The translations under genes were made by a program, and so were the position numbers. A stretch of DNA of 27,321 nt from a virus (taxonomy: Duplodnaviria > Caudoviricetes): the IMG/VR virus record IMGVR_UViG_3300025773_000033, positions 1 through 27,321 of that record. One strand, given 5' to 3'. The notes below the pieces were generated by a model. That model had not been told where the DNA came from. It saw only the letters and a list, made by a program, of their open reading frames with translations, and made no database searches. Below are positions 15,946 through 23,334 of this stretch, piece after piece (within the stretch, counting starts at the first letter, position 1; each line of letters opens with the position of its first letter).

Positions 15946-17271
15946 ATGCCTCAATTTTCAGATGACCTATTCTTAGGTAGTGCCCAATCAAATGCGGGTA
16001 CAAACGTAAACAGCAATTTGGGTGATCCATCACCAATGTCCTTGGGTTTTGGCCCAATGGGTCGTGTTTTTCTTTATGACACAACTGCTTCAGTTGGAAC
16101 AACTGCGGCTGTTTTAGCGGCTGTTACACCTACTACAGCAACGACTTATAGTGGAACTTCACTTGCGGCGGCATCAGCATCTGCGGGTACAACTCGTGTT
16201 GTTCGTGGTGACGGTACGACTGTTGTTCAGTTCGACTATCCAAGAGCAGTAGCAATTACTACTGGTTCTTTTACTGCCGCTACTTTTGTAACGGCTAACA
16301 TTGCCACTGCCGCATCTGGCGCAGGTGGTACAACTGGTTCTTTCGTTGTTTCAACAACTCCTCTCGTTGGATTGGCAGTTGGTCAAACAGTGACTGTAAC
16401 TGGAACTAACTCTGGTACTTCTGGACTTGCGGCAGGTACATACCTGATCTCTGCAACGAACGGTACTACAACATTTACACTGACCACAACTACTGGTGGC
16501 GTTGTAACTACTACTGCGGCAGGATCAAACACTGGTTTGACTTTCACTAACTCCATTACTGCTGTATCAGCAACTGTGTCTGGATACGATTACTACGGTC
16601 AGCCAATGACTGAGATCATCCTAAATAGCACATCATCTGCTACTCAAGTAGTTGGACGTAAAGCCTTCTTCCAGGTTTACTCTGTTACTTTTGGAGCCGC
16701 ATCTGGTATTGCAATGTCAGCAGACACATCTAATGTGTTAGGCTTACCTGCTCGTATCTCTGATGCGTCATACATCATAAGCAATAGATTCAGTGGTTCA
16801 TTATCAAATGACTCTGGAACTTTGGCTTTGGGTTACTACTCCAACACAACAACTTATGCTACACAAGCTGTAACTGGTTGGACAATCGCTTCTCCTGGCG
16901 TATTAACAGTTGGTTATTCACCTGCAAGCGGATCAATCGTTCAGTTCACAGGTACACCTCCAACTGGCGTTAGCACAGGTACTAACTACTGGTGGACATA
17001 CGTTTCTGGTACGACTGGTAAGATTTCAACAAGCCAAGCCAACTATTTGGCAGGTGTGTTTGTAAATACTTCTGGTTCATACACAGCAAGCGCTTCCAGT
17101 ATGGTTCCTCAGTTCACTTCGACTTCTGTAACTCCTGATGTACGTGGTACATATACACCTGGTGGTACATTAAACGGATTGGCAAGACTGGTGCTTACAC
17201 TCGGTTTGACAGCAATCCAAGTTGGCCCTAATGCTACGGCAACAGGTCTGCTCGGTATCACCCAAGCTTAA
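15946..17271 (+). CDS. Thr/Ser/Gly-rich virion structural protein (head fibre or decoration-like, 441 aa)
   Basis: Beta-strand-rich composition; TVSGYDYYGQPMTE and DVRGTYTP motifs; position after MCP. Confidence 0.7.
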   Translation: MPQFSDDLFLGSAQSNAGTNVNSNLGDPSPMSLGFGPMGRVFLYDTTASVGTTAAVLAAVTPTTATTYSGTSLAAASASAGTTRVVRGDGTTVVQFDYPRAVAITTGSFTAATFVTANIATAASGAGGTTGSFVVSTTPLVGLAVGQTVTVTGTNSGTSGLAAGTYLISATNGTTTFTLTTTTGGVVTTTAAGSNTGLTFTNSITAVSATVSGYDYYGQPMTEIILNSTSSATQVVGRKAFFQVYSVTFGAASGIAMSADTSNVLGLPARISDASYIISNRFSGSLSNDSGTLALGYYSNTTTYATQAVTGWTIASPGVLTVGYSPASGSIVQFTGTPPTGVSTGTNYWWTYVSGTTGKISTSQANYLAGVFVNTSGSYTASASSMVPQFTSTSVTPDVRGTYTPGGTLNGLARLVLTLGLTAIQVGPNATATGLLGITQA

Positions 17272-17283
17272 GGAGACTAAATT

Positions 17284-18690
17284 ATGGCTAAAGCAACAAA
17301 AGGGGCAGGCGGTTTCAGCCAAATGCCAAAGATGATCACCGATGAGCCTTCAGTTATTCTGAAGCTCAAAAAAGGTGGATCTGCTACTCATAAAAAGGGT
17401 GGAAAGCACGAAGAGCATGGTCATAAGACTATGCACAAAGCTATGGGCGGAATGATGGACGGTGCAACCACTCTGCCTGCTCGTGGTGGAATGGCTCCTG
17501 CTATGGCTCCTAAGATGGGTGCTCTTGCGGCTCGTAGGGCGGCGATGAAGGGTATGCCAACTCCTTTGATGAAGAAGGGCGGAAAAGCTGAAGGCGGTAA
17601 AGAGCACAAAGCTGAAATGCATGAGATCAAAAAAGTTGAAAAAGAACTTAAGCATCACGAGCATGAAAAGGCAGGAAAGGCTCATCATGGTCTGAAAAAA
17701 GGCGGTCACGCTAAGAAGCATTTTGCTAAAGGTGGCTCAGCAATGGGCAAAGGGATCGACAAGTTTGAGACTAAGACTACTGACGAAAAAGCACCTAAAA
17801 AGTTCTTAGAAACCGAAATGCATGACGGTGAGCACCATGATTCAGTGCATGGCACTGGCATGGTTAAGGAAGGAAATGCAGGTGGTTTCAAGCATGGTGG
17901 TAAAGTTCATAAGATTTCTGGTCATCCAGAGGGTTCTCATGAGCACCACAAGGCTATGTGCAAAGGCGGTAAGTACGCTATTGGTGGCACTGTTTCCGAC
18001 AATGTTGCTAAGAAGTTTGAAAACACAATGATGGTTGATGGCGAACACCATGATTCAGTACACGGTACTGGCGAGGTAAAAGAGTCAAACGCAGGTGGAT
18101 TTAAACACGGCGGAAAAGCTCATCACAAGCATGGTGGCAAACACCACTACGCTAAGGGTGGCAATGTTGCTCCTGACCTTAACCTGAAAGACACTGTTGA
18201 AGGTGGTGACTGGGAAAACCGTCCTGCTGACACAACTAAGCCTGGTGTGCGTATGCAGACTACTGGTGCTGTCAAGGAAGGTAATGCAGGTGGCTTTAAG
18301 CACGGAGGCAAGGCTTCAAAAAAGCACTTCGCCACGGGGGGCGCTGTTAATAAACAGGGTTCTGCTGTGGCTATGCCTCAAGGTAAAAAGCCTGCATCTC
18401 CACCAGTTGCGATAACTCGCTTGTCTGGCACCTTCAAAAAGGGTGGACAAGTAAAGCATCATGCGGATGGGGGAGCTATATCTGATTATGATCGAAGGAT
18501 GATGGAATTTGCTCCTGGTCAAAATATGAGAGATGTATCTCCACAAGACGTTGCTGATGCTAAGCAAAGGGCTAGAGATTCCGCTTCTTACGCTGAAGCT
18601 TCAAGGATTACTCCAAGAAGTGCAGGCGCAGGAAGAGGTTTTGTAAATCCTGAAATGGTTAGAAAGCACGGCGGTAGAGCCAAGAAGTAA
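17284..18690 (+). CDS. His/Lys/Gly-rich low-complexity protein with tandem xxxGG motifs (468 aa)
   Basis: Strong TAAGGAG RBS; 24 Gly-Gly dipeptides by hand count; internal repeats; followed by a stable hairpin. Confidence 0.85.
   Translation: MAKATKGAGGFSQMPKMITDEPSVILKLKKGGSATHKKGGKHEEHGHKTMHKAMGGMMDGATTLPARGGMAPAMAPKMGALAARRAAMKGMPTPLMKKGGKAEGGKEHKAEMHEIKKVEKELKHHEHEKAGKAHHGLKKGGHAKKHFAKGGSAMGKGIDKFETKTTDEKAPKKFLETEMHDGEHHDSVHGTGMVKEGNAGGFKHGGKVHKISGHPEGSHEHHKAMCKGGKYAIGGTVSDNVAKKFENTMMVDGEHHDSVHGTGEVKESNAGGFKHGGKAHHKHGGKHHYAKGGNVAPDLNLKDTVEGGDWENRPADTTKPGVRMQTTGAVKEGNAGGFKHGGKASKKHFATGGAVNKQGSAVAMPQGKKPASPPVAITRLSGTFKKGGQVKHHADGGAISDYDRRMMEFAPGQNMRDVSPQDVADAKQRARDSASYAEASRITPRSAGAGRGFVNPEMVRKHGGRAKK
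17797..18312 (+). repeat. internal protein-level repeats
   Basis: KKF...DGEHHDSVHGTGxVKExNAGGFKHGGK occurs twice (~17797-17904, ~18010-18117), with a third partial copy TGAVKEGNAGGFKHGGK (~18262-18312). Codons differ at synonymous positions. Confidence 0.9.
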
Positions 18691-18695
18691 AAATC

Positions 18696-18717
18696 GGTGG
18701 GGGCTTCGGCTCCCACC
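18696..18717 (+). terminator. stable cUUCGg hairpin (weak terminator or mRNA-stabilising element)
   Basis: GGTGGGGGC-TTCG-GCTCCCACC, with no clean U-tract after it. Confidence 0.6.
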
Positions 18718-18734
18718 ACTCTAATAGGTGAAAT

Positions 18735-21401
18735 ATGTCTGAAATCTCAGTCTATACAGGTCCGTCATCCAATTCCGATAATCAATTAAGAATTCAGCAG
18801 GCACAGCGTTCTACTGCGTATGATCCAGTAGACAAGATGCGTGTTTCAACACCGCAGTCCTTGATTGATACTGACTTTGAATATGGTCAGCAAGGTACGA
18901 AGTGGGAACAAACCTCGATGCAAAACAACCGCGCATCGTTGTATTACTTAGGTAATGCCACATTACCAGTATCAGCTATTGCGGGTAATCAGTCCACAAC
19001 AAATCAGTTGGTCATAACAATGACCTCCTCAAACGTGCCAAACGGCTCTCCAATCTTCATTGAAGATGCAATTGACCCTAACGCTAATGGTTGGGGTTGG
19101 GTGGCTTCTGGAGGCGGTTCTACAGCCACTTCTATTACTGTAAACATGGCTCAGGCAATTACAACAGCAACATGTTGGTCGGCTACTTCTACTTATGTTT
19201 ACCTCGGTTATTTGTATAGCGGATATGGATTTAACTTAACTGGAACAACAGCATTCACTTTTACTGGATCAACAGTTAGTTGTACAACTACTTATCCACA
19301 TGGATTGTCAGCGGGTTCTTTGATTTATATCACTGGAACAACTGGTCCAAGCACAGCAACGACGATAAATGGTCCTCAGATTGTGGTTACAACGCCTATA
19401 GCAACGACATTTACGTTCACCAATATTAACGGCACACCTTCTACGACAATCGCTAATACAGCGGGTGCAAGCAATCTGTATGCACGTCCTGCGGGATATG
19501 TGGATACTCACGCTTATGATGGATCTGTCAATTTTACGGTTGGCGCATCCATACCCAATCAGGTTTTACAACGTCAAACCCGTAGATATTTCCGTTACCA
19601 GTCTGGTAAAGGAATTCAATTTTCTACTGGAACAATTCTTAAGCCACAGCTTCAGCAACCAGTACTGACATCTTCCAGTGCAACAGTTACTGTTACGACT
19701 AAGTTTCCGCACAATTTAACTGTAAACACAGTTATTGTTGTGACTGGCGCTGATCAAAGTGCTTATAACGGTACTTTTGTTGTTAAAACAGTACCCACTG
19801 CATTAACTTTCACTTATACAACGCTGAATAACATTGTTCCTTCAGCAACGCCTGCGACTTCCACAGGTGGATTTATTCACGTAAGTCCATATTCCTGGTA
19901 CGGCGCAAGCAATAAGATTGGATTCTTTGACCAACAAAATGGTCTTTTCTTCCAATACGACGGTCAAACACTGTATGCGGTTTATCGTAACTCAATCAAC
20001 CAAATCGTAGGTACAGTATCTGTAACCAACGGTAGCGGCGCTGTAACTGGATCAAGCACTCAGTTTACAACTCAATTGGTTGTGGGTGATTACATTGTTA
20101 TTCGTGGTCAATCTTACAGAGTTTTGAGCATTGCAAGCGATACAAGCATGTATATCAGCCCTGAGTACCGTGGAACTACGATTGCTAATGCAATTGTTTC
20201 ACGCACTATTGACCAAAAAGTACCGCAGTCACAGTGGTATGACGTGTTGGATGGTTCTAATTCAGCCTCCAATCCTTCTGGATACAACCTTGACCTCACC
20301 AAAGTACAGATGTTCTACATTGACTACTCTTGGTACGGCGCGGGTGTGGCTCGATTTGGTATTCGCACCACTGGTGGAACGATTACTTATATCTACAATT
20401 TCCAAAACAACAACGTAAACTACACTGCTTACATGAGATCTGGTAACTTGCCATCTCATTATGAGCAAAATGGTGTATTGCCTATTACCAATATTACATC
20501 TAGCGTTGGAGTTAGTGATACAACTATTAACGTGATTAGCACCGCAGGATTTAACCCCGCAGGTAGTACAGCCAGATTTATTGGTAGCGGAACTTCTGGT
20601 GTGATTGAGTACTTCACATACACTGGAATTACAAGCGCGGCTAATTCTTCCACAGGTTATCCACAGTTGACTGGTTTAACTCGCGGTACTACTGGTGGTT
20701 CATCTGCTACAGCATTCACATACTCTGCAACTGCTCCCGTAGCTGTTGAGTATGCGGCTCCTGATGCGGCGGCGATGTTGTCTCACTGGGGTTCTTCAGT
20801 GGTGATGGATGGTGGATTCAACCAAGACGTATCCGCTATTTACAACTATGGTATGTTGACCGCTTTGACTAGCCCTAACAGCACAGCAAACGTGCCAATT
20901 ATGGCTATTCGCTTGGCTCCATCCGTGGATAACGGCACAGTTGGATTGCTTGGTGTTAAAGAAGTTATCAACCGTCTACAGTTGCAGTTGAATGAGATTG
21001 CTGTTGTGACCAACACGACCTATCTAATTCAATTGGTGCTCAACGGTATACCTTCTGGAGCATTCTCTGGATCGTTTGTATCTCCCGTTCAAGGCGGTAC
21101 AAATACCAGTTCACTCGTTCAGATTGCTGTTAATACAACCAATACCGTTACTATTTCAGGTGGTGAGTCAATTGCGGCTTTCTATACCAATAGCTCAGGT
21201 CAAACTGGTTATCCTTTGGCATCTATCTCTGCGATTGGTAACTCTGCCAACGGTGGCGGTACATCTAACAGTGTTCCAACATCTCAATCGGGTCAGTACC
21301 CAGATGGTCCAGACATTTTGTACATTGTTGCTACAACGCTCAATGCGGGTGCTTCTAACACCGTCGTAGCTCGTCTCAACTGGCAAGAGTCACAAGCATA
21401 A
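18735..21401 (+). CDS. large virion structural protein (888 aa) with repeated small beta domains
   Basis: RVSTPQSLIDTDFEY, RQTRRYFRYQSGKG, IGFFDQQNGLFF and IDYSWYGAG motifs; repeats HGLSAGSLIYITG / HNLTVNTVIVVTG...TFTY. Confidence 0.75.
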   Translation: MSEISVYTGPSSNSDNQLRIQQAQRSTAYDPVDKMRVSTPQSLIDTDFEYGQQGTKWEQTSMQNNRASLYYLGNATLPVSAIAGNQSTTNQLVITMTSSNVPNGSPIFIEDAIDPNANGWGWVASGGGSTATSITVNMAQAITTATCWSATSTYVYLGYLYSGYGFNLTGTTAFTFTGSTVSCTTTYPHGLSAGSLIYITGTTGPSTATTINGPQIVVTTPIATTFTFTNINGTPSTTIANTAGASNLYARPAGYVDTHAYDGSVNFTVGASIPNQVLQRQTRRYFRYQSGKGIQFSTGTILKPQLQQPVLTSSSATVTVTTKFPHNLTVNTVIVVTGADQSAYNGTFVVKTVPTALTFTYTTLNNIVPSATPATSTGGFIHVSPYSWYGASNKIGFFDQQNGLFFQYDGQTLYAVYRNSINQIVGTVSVTNGSGAVTGSSTQFTTQLVVGDYIVIRGQSYRVLSIASDTSMYISPEYRGTTIANAIVSRTIDQKVPQSQWYDVLDGSNSASNPSGYNLDLTKVQMFYIDYSWYGAGVARFGIRTTGGTITYIYNFQNNNVNYTAYMRSGNLPSHYEQNGVLPITNITSSVGVSDTTINVISTAGFNPAGSTARFIGSGTSGVIEYFTYTGITSAANSSTGYPQLTGLTRGTTGGSSATAFTYSATAPVAVEYAAPDAAAMLSHWGSSVVMDGGFNQDVSAIYNYGMLTALTSPNSTANVPIMAIRLAPSVDNGTVGLLGVKEVINRLQLQLNEIAVVTNTTYLIQLVLNGIPSGAFSGSFVSPVQGGTNTSSLVQIAVNTTNTVTISGGESIAAFYTNSSGQTGYPLASISAIGNSANGGGTSNSVPTSQSGQYPDGPDILYIVATTLNAGASNTVVARLNWQESQA

Positions 21402-21910
21402 TGCCAAGCAAATCACCTGCTCAACATAGGCTGATGGAAGCCGCCGCCCACACAAAAGGTGGGTATGGTGGTGTTCCTCAAAAAGTTGGTAAAGAATTTG
21501 TAAATTCTGACAAAATGAAAAAAGGTGGACTATATGAAAATATTCATGCAAAGCAAGAACGTATTGCTCACGGCTCTAAAGAACATATGCGTAAGCCTGG
21601 TAGCAAAGGTGCGCCAACTGCTGAAGCGTTCAGAGAGTCCGCCAAAACAGTAAAGAAAAAAGAAGGTGGAGTAAGTCTGGCGGTGGGTAGGGGAGAAAAA
21701 TTATCTGTATCTAAGGGCGCAGGGCTTACGGAAAAAGGTAGGGCTAAGTACAATAGAGAGACTGGATCTCACTTAAAAGCTCCTCAACCTCAAGGTGGTG
21801 CTAGAAAAGATTCATTTTGTGCTCGTATGAGCGGAGTAGTTGAACACTCAAAAGGAGATGCGCCAAGAGCCAAGGCATCACTTAAGAGATGGCATTGCCC
21901 AGGATGGTAA
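21401..21910 (+). CDS. basic tripartite hypothetical protein with a C-terminal DUF6321-like module (169 aa)
   Basis: TAATG coupling; C-terminal GLTEKGRAKYN...LKAP...RKDSFCARMSG...SLKRWHC pattern; modules separated by MKKGG and KKEGG. Confidence 0.75.
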   Translation: MPSKSPAQHRLMEAAAHTKGGYGGVPQKVGKEFVNSDKMKKGGLYENIHAKQERIAHGSKEHMRKPGSKGAPTAEAFRESAKTVKKKEGGVSLAVGRGEKLSVSKGAGLTEKGRAKYNRETGSHLKAPQPQGGARKDSFCARMSGVVEHSKGDAPRAKASLKRWHCPGW

Positions 21911-21913
21911 AAA

Positions 21914-22987
21914 ATGGCATATTCAGGAACCGTTGGCAATACAGTCATTACTGTACAGCAACTCATTGATCACGGCGCTCGTCGTGCGGGTAAGCTTGCA
22001 GAAGAATTAACGGATGAGCAGGTCCAATCTGCTAAAGAATCTTTGTTTTACATTTTATCCAACTTAATTAACCAAGGTATTCAGTATTGGGCGGTGGTTA
22101 AGTACGTAATGGGTTTAAACGCCAATCAGTATATATATACTTTGCCTAATGGTGCAAATGATATCCTAAACTGCTTGTACAGAACAATGGATCAACCATC
22201 GGGGAGCTATTCATCGAGCGCAGGGGGGGTTGTTGCAAATGTGTATGACGACAATATCAGCACATATTGTCAACAAACATCAGCAAACGGAAACATTTCT
22301 GTTTTCTACGGAACAAACCAAAGCACATACATAGGATCTATTGGCTTTATGCCTTATATTTCTGGTGGTGGTAGCCAAACTTGGAATTACACGTTCCAAA
22401 GTTCTGCTGATGGCACTACTTGGACTACTTTGTATACGGGGACCAGTGTTACTGTGACCGATTCTCAGTGGATTTGGCAAGATATTGATCCTGGTCAAAA
22501 TGTTCCATATTACAGAATGGTAGCTTCTGGTGGCACAACGCTATCTTTGCGAGAGCTTTATTTTGGAAATAATGCAAGACTATTGCAAATGTCACGGTTA
22601 AATCGTGATGATTATTCAAATTTGCCCAACCAAAACTTTACAGCCAATCAGCCGTATCAGTACTGGTTTGACAGAACAATTCCTCAGCCAACCTTTTACT
22701 TGTGGCCTGTTCCAAGCACGAATTTTGTCCAAGCGACCATTTGGTATTCAAGACAGATCATGGATGTGGGTGCGTTAACGAACCAACTGGAGATTCCAGA
22801 TCGTTGGTTGATGGCAATTCAATCTATGTTAGCTCACCAGATGTCAATTGAACTTCCTGGCGTGGATATACAAAGGATTGGATACCTTGAGGCTCAAGGT
22901 GAAAAGTATTTTCAAATGGCTGAACTCGAAGAACGCGATAAATCTCCAATTTACCTGGCCCCGAATATTTCAGTATATACGAGGTAA
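21914..22987 (+). CDS. probable head-tail connector / tail tubular adaptor with an inserted beta-sandwich domain
   Basis: MAYSGT N-terminus, helical IDHGARRAG...AKESL...NQGIQYW, LNRDDYSNLPN...PYQYWFDR, YLWPVP, IPDRWL; position before the tail genes. Confidence 0.65.
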   Translation: MAYSGTVGNTVITVQQLIDHGARRAGKLAEELTDEQVQSAKESLFYILSNLINQGIQYWAVVKYVMGLNANQYIYTLPNGANDILNCLYRTMDQPSGSYSSSAGGVVANVYDDNISTYCQQTSANGNISVFYGTNQSTYIGSIGFMPYISGGGSQTWNYTFQSSADGTTWTTLYTGTSVTVTDSQWIWQDIDPGQNVPYYRMVASGGTTLSLRELYFGNNARLLQMSRLNRDDYSNLPNQNFTANQPYQYWFDRTIPQPTFYLWPVPSTNFVQATIWYSRQIMDVGALTNQLEIPDRWLMAIQSMLAHQMSIELPGVDIQRIGYLEAQGEKYFQMAELEERDKSPIYLAPNISVYTR

Positions 22988-22989
22988 TT

Positions 22990-23334
22990 ATGGCTAAATG
23001 GCTTGACACAGAAGGTTATGCAAGTATAGCGATTGCCGTCTGTGATCGTTGTAAGATGAAACGTCCTTTATCTACTCTTAATCCTGACATTAACTTCCCA
23101 GGGTTACGGGTGTGTGAGGAAGGTTGCATGGATGAAAAAGATCCATATCGTTTGCCTGCGAGAAAAACAGAACGTATTAACTTAAGGTTCCCAAGACCTG
23201 ATGAGTCATTGAATGTTCCCAACAATCAATTAATTACGGGTCCGTATAGCAATTCTATAATATCAACTGGTAAGAATACGTCTCCTCCTGGCTTGGTTAA
23301 TGGTGATGAAGATGAAATTAGTATAGGTTCATAA
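22990..23334 (+). CDS. conserved Cys-containing (Zn-binding) tail-region protein (114 aa)
   Basis: AVCDRC...GLRVCEEGCMD...DP...PRPD; GAGG RBS. Confidence 0.75.
   Translation: MAKWLDTEGYASIAIAVCDRCKMKRPLSTLNPDINFPGLRVCEEGCMDEKDPYRLPARKTERINLRFPRPDESLNVPNNQLITGPYSNSIISTGKNTSPPGLVNGDEDEISIGS

Noticed and set aside
22223-22229. G7 homopolymer as a phase-variation or frameshift site
   Set aside because: The frame is intact (Ala-Gly-Gly-Val), the tract is short and no alternative product is evident.
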